From: Folioceros fuciformis
Lineage: Eukaryota
Reading direction: 5' to 3'
Assembly (NCBI GenBank): GCA_049999805.1
Contig: JBNGIO010006285.1
Coordinates: 227,972-291,971, forward strand
Length of the DNA: 64,000 nt
Under the pieces are notes generated by a model. It was given only the letters and a program-made list of their open reading frames with translations, did not search any database and had not been told where the DNA came from. The translations under genes and the position numbers were made by a program. This document shows positions 37,834 through 50,830 of the stretch, in pieces. Within the stretch, counting starts at the first letter, position 1; each line of letters starts with the position of its first letter.

Positions 37834-39386
37834 GTCCGCGGGATGTCTCTTGTTGGGATTGGTACTGCGGGATGTCTATTCTGGCAACCTAGGAACCGAA
37901 TGGATGTTGGCACTCCGTGGAGACAATGAGACGGGTGTCTTAATTCTGTAGGTGCCTCATGTTGTTCTGTGATTGTGATCTCCACTTGGCGAAAAGCTGG
38001 TCTTAGCAGGCTGTCATGTAAGAGTAGTGCGCGGAGGGGAAATGTATGTTGGCGAGGCGGGATGTAGGAGTGTGGCAAGTTTTTCCCATGCCGAGTAATG
38101 TCTAGTCACTGGCGCTCTAAGCAAAGCCGGTGGCACCCATTGGTTGTCCCGACTAATTTTTATGAAGCTCTAGTAGGGTCTCTTAACATCTTTGTCGAGT
38201 TACTTAAGTATGTCCGGACAATGTCGTTCATATATTGAACGTTTAGTCGTTCATTGTGATTTGACTGATATATCATATTTTACCTTCACGGCACCATATA
38301 CCACCCCTTGGTATGGCGTACCGAATGCACGCGGGTATGACCAAGATTTTTCCCGCCCTAGTCTTCCGTACGCCGTATTTATTTGGTGTCTCTTAAATAT
38401 ATTTTAACTCGAGTATGTTTCTACGCTACACGCCTCTAGCAATGCCATTCTGTGCCCACTCTCAGACTCTCCTCCCGCATGTCTGCCCTCCCTCCCCTAC
38501 ATCCCCCCAACGATTCTTTCTGCCTTCCACCTCCGTCCTGCGTGCCACATGTACGCTGTTTCCCTCCCCGAAGGCCCAAAGGACTTCTTCCCCGCATGGA
38601 CAGTCTGAAGAGCGCCTGCCTCCGCTCCCCCTGGCTGCTTGGACGCTCTAGTTTTTGCAGAGCGCCGACGCCATGGTTGGACGGCCACCACGCCCCTAGC
38701 CTCCGTATCTTTCCCTTCCTCCTCTCCTCTGCGTCACGAAGAGGTATGAAATATATAAAATATTAATATTGCGTACGAAGTTTAGAAACACTTTTTTTCA
38801 CTCCCGCGCCTTTCTGATCGCGGTACCTTGCTGTCAATTCATCCTACGTGTCCTACCATCGGGTTTACGAAACAAGTTTCTCCGTCCCGTGTTCCTTCAC
38901 TTACTCGTTCGTGTGGTTCGTATGATCACAAGTACTTACTGTTTGTATGTACACCATCCATCTTACGTCGCCAAACCTGGGAACATTACAGATATTGTGG
39001 ATGATGTGAACCGGAAATGATATGGGTCCGTGTGGAATGGGTTCATGCGCGGTTAATATTCAAAACCCTAAACCTGAGGCTATGAAGGTTTTGGAATGAT
39101 TCGCCGCGGCTTGGTGAGGAGGCAGTGGAGGAGGATGTCGTTAAGGATGCAGAAAGCGTTCTGCCTCTAAGAAGCAGCTGATGGCCAGAATGGAGTACCG
39201 AGCTTGCCTCCTCTTCTGATTTCATCCCAGGTGCTCCTACAGTGGAGTGTGCGCTATTCCTTGGTAGCATGCCATTTTGCTGCACATCCACCCATGTACT
39301 TAAAGTGATCTGCAGCGACGTTCCCTGCAAGCTTCTGGATATGAATGAAAAGGGAGGGCAGTGACTCTAACTCAAATAACTTCAAT

Positions 39387-42300
39387 TCATAAAATCAAAA
39401 ACAAGGTCTCAAAGTCATCACAGAGCGCCCTTCCTATAAAAGTTCGGAACTCTGTGATAGACAAGTCATAAGTATGACAATACCCCTGGTAGACTGTGAG
39501 CAGTCTCAAGAACGTGTTTGAAATGAGAGGATTCAGTGGTAATTGCTTCAGCAGGCTAGTCAGTTCAAGCACTCCTGTCACAACTTCTTCTTCCTCGCCG
39601 AGGGGGCCTGCCAGCGTGAGAAGGCCAAGCAAGCTGCGATATAGGCCTTTGAAAGCGTCTTGATGATTGGTTACACCTCCTAGCCAACGCATGTTCACCT
39701 GTAGCTGCACAGCAGACCTTGCAGAAGCCAGGGCTTGTAACAAGAAGCGCTGTCTCCACAGTCTCATCCACTCTTCCATCTGCCTAGCAACTACTGGTTT
39801 AGTGTCTTGCCCAGCCTCGTGAAGTATATCGATGCCACCAAACAGGCCTTGGCCGCCGTCTTTCAAGAAACGCAATAAGCCACGCTCACCACTGATCACC
39901 GACCTCCCATGACCTTGTAACAGTATTTGAAGGTGGTAGCTACTGAGCTGTACAAAGAAGAATTCTTCCTCATGGTGGTTGTCTAGCTCTTTGTCAAACA
40001 GCCGCCGAACCAGATCCGTGCAGTGATAAACATCACTGCCGTTATCTGTTCCTATCATCAGCCGGGCAAGATAATCCCAGTACCCCATCCAAAACCCAAA
40101 ATGCTTTGTAAGAAACGAAAAACTCAGCTGCACAACTCTCTCAACCTGAGCAGGGATGGGCTTGACTGGACCCTTAGATTTTCCTCTCACGGCTATAATT
40201 TCCAAAACTGACAGAGCAAGATTTTGCCGAAGTTCCTGATCTTCATCCTCCAGAAGCTTAATAGCAATGGACCAGACAGTTAAGATGGAGCTTGCGTACC
40301 ATTCTAAGGCTTCCACGTTCTTGCCTTCTAGTACCCTCGCTTTCAGTACATGCCCAACCCATACGGCCTCTTGTAAGAGCCCACAAGCTGCAACAGCCTC
40401 AGCTGTGGCACGACGGAATTTCACTCCTTCACTTGCTTGGCTATGCATTATCAGCAATTGAAGGAACTTATCAATTCTTTCTTGAATGCTCTTGGAAAGG
40501 AGGAGAGAAGATGGCGCCACAGTTAGATCTGTTTCACTTCTGCTCCGTTCCGCAGAACAGGCAAGTTGGTCCTTGTCACCATTCCTCATACGGTTGGCTA
40601 TTGTTGCAACAGAAAGGTTTGTAGATTGAGGGACGGTAACAAAAACGGTTGGACCGGGGAACTTGACTGCTTCCTGCTGATCGTGCCGTATCTGGAGAAC
40701 TAATTGCCCTAGGCACCCACCCAGACATCGTACAGCTATCTCTCTGGTCTTGCTGTGTCTTGATTTTCCATAAACTATTATCAATCTGTCCAATAATTGG
40801 AGCACAGACGACCCTTGGCCCCACACAGAATCTGTGCATAGGTCTTTGGCCGTGTCTTGCCCCTGAGTCCCTTCCACAACACTTCTCAGAGCATAGATCT
40901 TACTCCAACAGAAGAAGACACCTAGAATGCTCCGAACGCAACCGGGATGACTCTCAATGTCTAACCGATCTAAACACACCGGTTGCAGTAGTTCGACAAC
41001 CAGGGTAAGTAGTTTACTCAGCCTTTGGGCACCATGTACCAACTGAAGTTGTTGATTGTTCACGAGAACATGTTGGAAAAACTTTCGCAAGACCTTCAGA
41101 GTTGCAAATCGGATTTCATACTTATCATCGCAAAGAGCCTGACTCAATTGCACTTTCAACATACTGTAAGAAAAAGCACCAATGGAGTGCCCAGTAGATC
41201 CACCTTGTGGAGGCCTGGCAACCGTCCCATCTGCCCCGGAGACAGCGGTATTACCCCAATATCCATCCACCCCTTCGACATTGTCAAGCCAATTGCGCAG
41301 ACCAATTCTAAAATATACAGAGGCTGCTATTTCCCGCAAAATAGTGAACGAAGAGTCGTCTATGGCTTCTGCTCTCCTTTTGTACTCAGTTAGGCATTCC
41401 ATACACAAGTGTACCAGAGACGATTCCAGGCCATAAAAAATTTGACATGCTTCGATTTGCAACATGTGGCACGTCCTCCCAACCTCCAACAATCCATCTA
41501 ACAATTGTAAAAACCCCCCAACCACCATGTGGCAACGACAGAGCTCCACAGAACCAAGCCACAAGAATCTCTCAAGAGTCATAGCAACCATGGTAACAGT
41601 TTTGCATCTCTCCTCTACGTCTGGAATACCTGCACAATTGGAAGTCAAAAGAATGTGCATTTGCAACACAATGCCGTGGACAGCATTAAATGATAGAGTT
41701 TTCCTCTGTTGTTCAGGCAAGCTCCCTGCCAGCCCGACAAGCACACTACACAAATGCTCCTTAGAAACAAGCGGTGCTAATGCCCGAGATGCAAGGACCC
41801 GTACGTGTTGATTACGCTGTGTAGCACATCGAGTTACATACGGCATGAAAGCTGAGGGACTTAGCCAATCTTCACCATCATTATTTATCAAAGATGGTTT
41901 AAGCCGTGATAGAATAATTAGAACTGGGCCCAAACTTGGGTGCAGCCTGTTTGCCACCCCTGCACCCTCATTTAATCCACCACCCGTCCCATGCTCTAAC
42001 TGAAAAGTTGCAGACTGCAGTTCTTCCAATAAAAATGGATGCAGAGCTGGATACCTACAACCGAAAGAGACCGTGGTTACTAGAATGAGGCAGGTCAGTT
42101 TCCGAATACAACTTACTGCCAAGTATCACCATGTCACTCGGATGAATAAACAGCTGTTACCTGTGGAAAAACTCAAATCCAGTGATGGCTCGACGTGCTG
42201 ACTCCCGTTTGTATGCATTCAAAAATCCAATCGTGCGATGCACAAGTGCAGTAAACGCTATAGTTGCACTATTCCTCACTTCCCAATGTCGGGACGAGAA

Positions 42301-45300
42301 TGCTCTAATGGCAACAATTAGTCCCTCTGCACAAAATCCCGAAGTATCTGTTGCCAAATTCGTGTCATGAAAGGCTACTCTCATAACATTAAAGCAATGA
42401 ACGGCTGGAACAACTCCATCATCACGTGATTTGAGAGCCCCAGGCAAATCCTTTTCCACATTCTCCAAACCCACATCACCACCAGCCATGCTTTCCCTTT
42501 TCAGTACTGCCGACATGGCATCATTTTCTTTTCCTGCCTCTGACAGAAAGTTATTTGCCGTATTCAGTATCCATCTCATCGCTGCAGGAAGGAGCTTCTT
42601 AGGTGCACCATCAGGCTCCGACAGAAACAGGGCAAGAAATGCTGCAGGGATCCCAGCACTCCTCCTGAGAAGATCATCAACAGTCTGCCCCTCTGCACCA
42701 GTATGTTTCATAAGCTGCTCCAGCCAAGCTTCTGGCATGGCATTCAACCTGACAGCAGAAATCCATATGGTGAGACAACAAAACTTAAATAATGAGTACA
42801 ACAGAGGGTGCCTGAGCACTACGTCAACCACTAAATTTCCTTTGGAAAGCCATACAAACGGCAATACAAAATGAGGTTAGGGAGGTTTGCATACCGTGGA
42901 TCATTCGACCGCAGAAGACGGTCACAAAGCGCTGTGAACCCAGCCCTAGTCTTGTCGATTGCACCATTATGCTTCATTGATAAAAGGACTTGCAGAAAGT
43001 GCTCACCAATGTTCTCAAGCTGCTTTGTATCCAACAGGATTCCTTCATCATTTGAAATGTCTCCTGTAAGGGAAGCCTCCAACAAGAACCCGTGGCCATC
43101 ATCAGTAGTTGAGTCAGCACTCTCAATGGTAGACCCTGGTAATGGAACTCTTCTGGTGATTGTGCCAAGTAGAAGACTAACCTGCGAACGGGTTCAAGAT
43201 TTGCACTGCACATCAGCACTCACACTAACAGCATCCGAACGGTTACCACACACATGCCACGATACTTTCCATTCTTTACCTCCTTCATTGAAAGCCAGCA
43301 CCCAACCATCACCATCTGCTCCACGGGTGCTAGGCCTTCCTCATCGTCACTCTCTTCCATGTACCCTGCTGCCTCTGCATGGATGCCAGCTTTTGGACCG
43401 TCCCCAGCATGATCATCCTTAATTAACTCATCTGGGCTCAGTCCAAACCTTTCCTGAATATTCAGAGCATCAGCTGATACAACCCACAGGGCAAGGGTGG
43501 TCACGTGCAATAGGAGACTAAGAAGCCTCTCCAGAGCAGTCCGAATGCATGAGGAAGCCATTCGGATGGCTGTAGATGAGAAATCAATCTCATCCATTGT
43601 GTACCGGAGGACCAGCAAAACACCATGCACAAAACTCTGCTCGCATGCTTTCACAAGATTCCGATCTCCTTCACCAACACCCCATTCTAGCCAGTTATTA
43701 AGCGACTCTATGTAAGCACCAATAGCTGCCCCGATTCGATGCATCTCAGAATTTGAATTATTCTCGGACTGTCTGGACTGCTTGACTACATGGGGCTCAG
43801 GATGCATTTCCACAGTCCATCCGAGGTGGCAGACATACTTTTGAAAGATCAGACGTAGAGCTAAGGCACCAGCATCACTTTCTCTTACACGAGGGCTTTG
43901 CACCAATCCTTTCACCCAAACCAAAACTTTCTCAACTTCCACTTCTGAATCCAGGCCAGGCAAAGGAGTCGGAAACCTTGTCAGAACCTTAAAAGCACCT
44001 TCTCTCAGCCTATCCCAGCTATCAACAAGGGAACCGAAAACAACAGACGTTGACTCAGGAGAGAGTAGTCCTTTGTTGTATGGGGAGAAGTCATTTGAAT
44101 CCAGAAGCGGAGAAGAGCTGTAACGACCAGACCTTTTGGCGCAAGGATCAGACAAGTCCCAGACCTCAATAAGTGCGTTTAAAATCTCCATAGCCATGTT
44201 CTTGCGCTCATAAGGAGCAGAAGGATAAAGTGAACAGACAACGAGCTGACTCAACCACTGCATTAAATGCTGCATATCCTCCACACTAACAACAATACTG
44301 TTCTGGTCAACTTCAGGATCGGCCATTGCCAAGTGCTGCAACTCTTCAGATGATAAGTGCTCACTTCCAGTCCTGTTGGGGAAGTAGTTGCTTTGACTGC
44401 CGTTCACAGCTCTTTTGCAGCGATCAAACTGAAGTTTCTTCTCTCTCTCCACAGCAGTTCGTACTCGTATGAAGAATTTCTTCAACAGGCTTATCCACTT
44501 CATACGAAATCCTGTAGATGAGCACCGCATATTCAGTGGTAGAGCGATATGCAATAACCTCAATTCCAAGGGAGATGGCATGGATGCTGTCTTCGGGCTT
44601 AGGCAAATTAATTCAGCAATATCCACTCTGACCCCATCTTCCATGTGGGTTACAGCTGCTTCCAGCAAAGACATGGGCACTGAGATTGGCTGCCCCCTTA
44701 CCAAGAAAACTGCCGATGTCTGTGTAAGGGAACCAAACGTGCTCTCTTTCCCACAAGGAAGTTCACCACAGTATGTAATAGCTCCATCCATAAGCGCCGC
44801 AGACCGAGCCACCTTTAGAATTGAGATGAGAGCTGCTACCTGTTGTTCACTTGTGATACTCTCTGGTAATCCGGCTGCTCCTTCAAGCTCATTCCAAGAA
44901 AAGCTACTTGTATGCTCATTGGAGTCCATGCCCGAAATGCAAGATTCAGGGCCAGTGGAAGAGTCTGACTTGGCCTCATTCAGCACAAAGGCAAGCATGG
45001 GCAATAGGGCATCAGGATCAATTTCCAAGGCCACAGGAACAGCATAGATGTTCAGATTGTTGCGCAACCTGGTGTTCCCAGCAACGAGTCCAGCTAACAA
45101 GGCAGGAACCCAGAGTCTTCTGAACGTCAGGCTGCCCACCGTTACACCCTGGGAGCTCCAATAGTCCTCCCGTAACCGCTCAAGAAAGGATTTTAAAAAC
45201 GAGCTGACAGAGCAGCAGACATCATCATCCTGAAGAGCAAAGATAGTCTCGTGCAGAAGATTAGGACTCATTTCCAGCAGCCTTTTCGCTCCAAGTCGCA

Positions 45301-47041
45301 AAGATAAAGAGGCAAGAGGCACATACCGGCCCTTCCTGTGACCCCCTACTGATAGCAGATCAGTTGCAAGATCCAGGAGAAACTGTTCAGTCGCGGACTT
45401 GGTAGATTTGATACACTGTTCTTCACTATCGCTATGTGGGTGGTGGCCCAGCTGCATCTCTGCAGATAAAGTCGCCAGCGGCAAGTCCTCATATGCTTGT
45501 GGAGCCAGCGAGTGAGTCAAGGCACCAGTTGTTTTCATAGGGTCATGAACGGACTGCACATCAATCAGCAAATCGAAAACGATCTGAACCTGCTTCACTG
45601 TTTGCGTGAGAGGATCCTCCCAGTTGTTCCACACAATCTGCAGCACCTGCTTAATCATGGAGACCGGGAGCGGATTATAAGCCTCGAGAGACAATTGATG
45701 CTTTGCGGCAGCCTGTGAGAACTCTACAGCCGAAATACTCGTCACATCTCCAGTGATGGACGCTTTGATCTGCTGCAGGCACATCTGAGCAGCGGTAATG
45801 GTATGAAACTTGAAATGGCTGTCGATAGCCCTCTCGCAAAGGCTGCACAAGGCAGGAAGAATTCCATCGTACAGAAGCGTCCATACTGTCCACGTCCGAT
45901 CCGCCACTGGTGGCATCGATGCCAGCTCTCCTGGTGTTTCCTGAGGAACACGGACGAGGTGAGCATTCAGAGCAGATCGTGGTATACCAGTGAGCAGCCC
46001 ACGGTAAACGCAAAGCTTTCCGAAGTCGGAGAAGCTCCCAATCTCCGTCGCAAGAGTGCTCCCCCGTTTCGCATGAATAGCAACCTCCAGCATCCCCCGG
46101 TGCCCCTGCTCAAACAACAAACCGTGCTCTTCAGAAAGGAGAGCGTAACGGACACTTGTCGAGCGAAAAGCAGCGCTGGCAAACATGAAGGCAAGAGACT
46201 GAGGACACATCCCGATCTGGGATGCAGCACACAATGCCACTCCTGCGCCTACTACACAGTCACGAGACAAGTGCGTGCATTGCAGCACAGACAAGATGAC
46301 TTCTACTGATGCCAGATAAACTTCATCAAGGTCTCCTTGCAAACGCTCCTGAGAATCAGCAGGGCACCTGAAACTCCCGGAGAACCCCTGCAGTAAATAG
46401 TACAAAGCAGACATGGAATCCTGGCATTCCTCCATTGTCTTGGGAGTCGGCCGCCCGCCCTGCCTGGCATGCGCAAGAACGTCCTCCACATTGCGACACA
46501 GAGAAAGTACGATGGGCTTCAGGCAGTGTTCGGTGACTCTCCGCACCAGCCCGGACCTCTGCGGTAGGGTTGCCAGGGAGGTGGCCAGCCCGGTGAGAGC
46601 GAACTTGCGCTCCTTGCAGCCCCCGGCACCGTAATCCTGGCAGCCCTGGTAGAAGGCATCCTGCACCCAGCCGACTCTCTCAGCCGGGAACTGGTGGAGA
46701 AAAACGGTGAGCAATCCTTTGTGCAGGGGTCGGGAATTCTCCCCGAATACCAACTCCGCGTACAAGCTAAGGGCCCGCCTCGCATCCGGTTCCAGTTCCT
46801 GTTCCTCTTGGCCCGCTCTGCACAGCCCCACCAGCTGGTCTGACAGCCGCTTCACAGCAGCAATCTGCGCAAACGTGTTGGCCATCTGCACGAACTCCCT
46901 CAGAGCTGCCCCGAATGAACTCACTTCGGGAACATCCGATGCTGCAAGTGCCAGCAAATCCTTGTCCGCGGAAGGGGGCAATGTCAAACCCCGGTCCGTC
47001 CAGCGCTTTCTCCTCTGCTGGGCTCTCCACTTAGCCGCCAT
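39387..47041 (-). CDS. THADA: THADA / Trm732 (DUF2428) ARM-repeat protein (exons ~47041-43280, 43181-42895, 42748-42161, 42054-39387)
   Basis: 'MAAKWRAQQRRKRW', 'WNNWEDPL', 'SLYPSAPYERK', 'SPRVRESDAGA', 'VGCWLSMKEVSLLLG', 'KHNGAIDK', 'RRSAGIP' and 'WEVRNSA...EFFHRYPALHPFL'. Confidence 0.93.
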
Positions 47042-48055
47042 CGCAATTCACGACCCACACGGCCGACACAGGCACAGTTTCAGTCCCTACAGCTGCACCA
47101 CTCTTTCATTTTCTGTGGCATTCATGATCCAATGGCCCCCGGATGGAGTTGTCTTGATCGGAGAAAAAGGATCTGGACATTTAACCCTTCACAACAGCAG
47201 TAAAGCAGGTTTGCATTCTGTCCACTCCAGTTCCTCACTCGACGAATAGCTTTACATTTTTAACACCTTCCGATTGACAACTGTCATCCATCCTCGCTCG
47301 CATTCATGTCATCAGAATCCAAAATACTTTCAGTAAACCCCTTCGTAGGGTTAGGGCTCGCAACAGCGGCTTCTGGGCCTCCGAGGCTTGTTACTTAGCC
47401 GGTTATACTTGTTATTATTAGTGCGGATGATTGAAGTGGTGGGGTGTGTGTCCTCAGGAACGGAGCTATTGCCAATTCCTCTTGAAGGAAGAAGCAACAA
47501 AACCTACAGGATCAAATCATGTTGCTGCTGAAAGCAAGGTCTGAACGCAAGGTGAGATCAGAATTCTGCTGACACGGAGTTTTCACGTCCGGTTAGTCCT
47601 GGAGGCCGTTACGCCAGCTAGTGGGGATAGACTGCTTAGACCCTTGATAGTGGTAACAGTCATTGCATCACTCACCAGCGGTGCTCTTCCTTATTAAGCA
47701 AGACTTAGGCGCCCAGGTCGAATCTTAATTCACCACACGCCCGGCGCTGCAACGATAGCATAGCTGTCGTCCGAAACACGTCACAAGCACTTACATGCAT
47801 GGTTTTAGGTGTTCGCTCTATTCGCTCTACAGTTCAATCAAATGAAGACACCTTCCAGGCTCATGGACTACTCCAAACTAAGATTGCCCCACACCCCCAT
47901 TAGCACGTAGTGTTGTCGGTAGTTCGCCATTGTTGTTCCGTTCTTTTGATCTGGTCTCGTGCAGAATGGTCTCGTACGTGTCGCTTGCACGGGCCCTTGC
48001 AAAAGAGCAAACATATGATGTAACCTGCAGGACATAACACTTAACCAGCAGGACA

Positions 48056-49010
48056 TCACAGGTCAGGCGTCTCAGGGGCAAGCTCAATCTCGGGAACCAG
48101 AGACTCGGTCTCAGGGGCAAGAAGCTCTGTCGCGGTCTCAGGGGCACGAATCTCTGTCTCGGTCTCAGGGGCAAGGTGCTCTGTCTCGTTCTCAGGGGCA
48201 GGAGGCTCTATCTCGTTCTCAGAGGCAAGAAGCTCAGTCTCGATCTCAGGGGCAAGAAGCTCAATTTTGGACTCGGGGGCAAGAAGCTCTGTCCCAATCT
48301 CAGGGGCATGAAGCTCTGTCTCGGTCTCAGGGGCAAATAGCTCTGTCGCGGTCTCAGGGGCATGAAGCTCTGACGCGGTCTCAGGGGCAAGTAGCTCTGT
48401 CGCGGTCTCAGGGGCATGAAGCTCTGACGCGGTCTCAGGGGCACGAAGCTCGGTCTCGGTCTCAGGGGCAGGAGGCTCAGTCTCTATTTCAGGGGCAAGA
48501 AGCTCAGCCTCGATCTCAGGGGCATGAGGCTCAGTCTCGATCTCAGGGGCAAGAAGCTCAGTCTCGGTCTCAGGGGAAAGAATCTCAATTTCGGTCTCAG
48601 GCGCAAGAAGCTCTGTCCCAATCTCAGGGGCACGAAGCTCTGTCGCTGTATCAGGGGCAAGAAGCTCTGTCTCAGTGTCAGGGGCATGAAGCTCTGTCTC
48701 TGTCTCAGGGGCCAGCTCGGTCTCAGGGACAAGGAGTTCTGTCTCGGTCTCAGGGGCATGAAGCTCAGTCTCGGTCCCAGGGACAAGAAGCCAGTCTGTC
48801 TCGGCCTCTGGGGCATGGGGCTCTTTCTCGGTCTCAGGGGCAAGAAGCTCTGTCTCAGTCTCAGGGGCAAGAAGCTCTGTCTCAGTCTCANNNNNNNNNN
48901 GGGGCAAGAAGCTCTGTCTCAGTCTCAGGGGCATGAAGCTCTGTCTCTCTCTCAGGGGCATGACGCTCCGTCTCAATCTCACGGGCAAGCTCGGTCGGCG
49001 CCTCGGCCTC
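48056..49010 (-). repeat. 27-bp coding-type minisatellite encoding an 'APETETELL'-like 9-aa acidic repeat (~30 copies)
   Basis: Repeated CTCAGGGGCAAGAAGCTCTGTCTCGGT on the plus strand, with an open minus-strand frame. N gap at 48891-48900. Confidence 0.9.
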
Positions 49011-49661
49011 AGGGGCAGGTTCGGATGCTTCACTACGACGGCTCCGGCTCTCCATGCGTGCAAGGGCGACACGAATTCGAAGTCGCCAGAACGCCCCCGA
49101 AGAAGTTGAAGCATTGTTGCCGTAAGGCACTCCACGATGAACATGCATGGCATCCCTCGCTTGTTGATACTTTTGTAACCACAGGAGACTGGTGAAACAA
49201 TTAGAGGTGAGCGCTGCTGCTGCTTCTGAGCAGAAAATGAACAGCACGACGTACATTCTCAAACTATCGGGTCTGCCAAACACGGTAATGAAGAAATTCC
49301 TGCAACCGAACATGAGCTGTGTTACTGTACAATTTCTAGCGGAAGCTGGTGAGGACGTCTTCCTCAAGCTTCACTAGAAACCAATTTCTGGCGAATTCCT
49401 GAGGACCTCACGCTGAAACATGCCGTGACAAGGTTACCTGATCTGAAGTGCGAACATAATAAACCAAACCGCATTCATCGTTGTTAAAGACGCCGAAAGA
49501 GCCGCATATGTATGAACAAAAGCCGGGATGGCAATGTCTCTCATAGCTAACACAGCTAGGGCCAAGTTTATCACTGAGAACCCGAAATACATTGATCCAT
49601 TTGATCCTATCATGGCGCAGTCCAGGAAACATTCACAACTCGACATACTGTCAGTACAGAC
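48056..49661 (-). CDS. Hypothetical membrane protein with a long acidic repeat tail (gene model uncertain)
   Basis: Hydrophobic segments in ORFs 49434-49922 and 48888-49367. The second ORF runs in frame into the repeat before the gap, and the frame stays open to the stop at 48056. Confidence 0.4.
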
Positions 49662-50177
49662 TGGTTCACTCCTGAGAGACACGAACGTGTGCGTAGAGGA
49701 AGAGGACGACAACGGTTTGTGAAGGATACAAACCGGACCTAAAGTGATTATGAAATGCAAACCCCGTGTCCTGTTCCCTCTGACTACGATAGATAGCGGA
49801 GAGAATATAATGGACGCGCTCGCTTTGTTGTGTTTGCTGGCTTGAGAGAGCCTAACGTGTCCTTCAATCTGAAATGTATACCATGAGAAAAATGATAAAA
49901 CATTGGAAAACAGACAAGCCAAAAATCAACGCATTCAAACCGTGTTTCCATGCGTCTTATTCTTTTTTCGTGCGCGGTTCGTTAGGAGTCGTGATTGTTT
50001 ATGACCCCGATTTGTGCCAAGTCCTATGGTTATGAGGGGCCCTTCTTAGAATGAACCATGCCTTATAAACCATGATATTTTGAGCGACACTTTTCACAAA
50101 TAGATAGGAGAAGGGAAGGAAAGAGGATGGGACTAAGAATCCTGGTGATGGCTAATGCTGAAACGTTGTAGTTTAGA

Positions 50178-50830
50178 GTCTCCCCCTCACAATGGAGCTA
50201 AGGAAGTTTAGCGTCTATCTCCCAAGTGAGCTTCCTTGCTAATGAGTCCAATGTTGCGAACGTGCTTCTCATGCAAGGGCTTGAGCAAACCCTTACTCTA
50301 GAGGTCTGATGTGTTGTCCATGGTGTTCACGTACTTCACTAGGACTTGTTTGTTTGCTACTACCTAACCAAAGAAATGATACTAAATTTCCAAGTGTTTT
50401 GTCTTGGTGTGGAGAATAGGGTTGTGGATCATGGCAATTGCGGATTGATTGTCGAAGAGCAGCTCGGTTGGTTCATCACCAATGTCCTACAGGAACTATT
50501 GAATCCACATGATCTCTTTAGCTGCAAGTGAAGTGGCAGCATACTCTGTTTCGCTGCTTAACAGAACAAATTGTTTGCATCTTCCTCAAGATATGGATGA
50601 GTAATTGATAATCATGTAGTTTGAAGCTGTGGATTTCCTTGCATTTAGATCTCCTACTCAATCTGCATATGAGAATGAGGTCAACTTGAGCTTGTTTCCT
50701 AGTGTTATCTGTTGACTAATCCCAAGGACTTCGTACCCTTCAAATAATGAAAAGTCACTTAACATAGGTTTAATCGATACGTCCAAGATTAGACAAATAT
50801 CTAGAAGCAATGTTCATGGGCCTAAGCTAC
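50178..50830 (-). mobile_element. Ty1/Copia relic, RT/RNase H end and polypurine tract
   Basis: Minus strand reads 'VKYVNTMDNTSDL*SKGLLKPLHEKH', similar to the Copia 'ADIFTKxL' RNase H end. A PPT-like GAGGGGGAGA lies at about 50178-50189. Confidence 0.6.

Noticed and set aside
38190-39330. Short ORFs between ABCF1 and THADA
   Set aside because: They have no motifs and are compatible with UTR or intergenic sequence.
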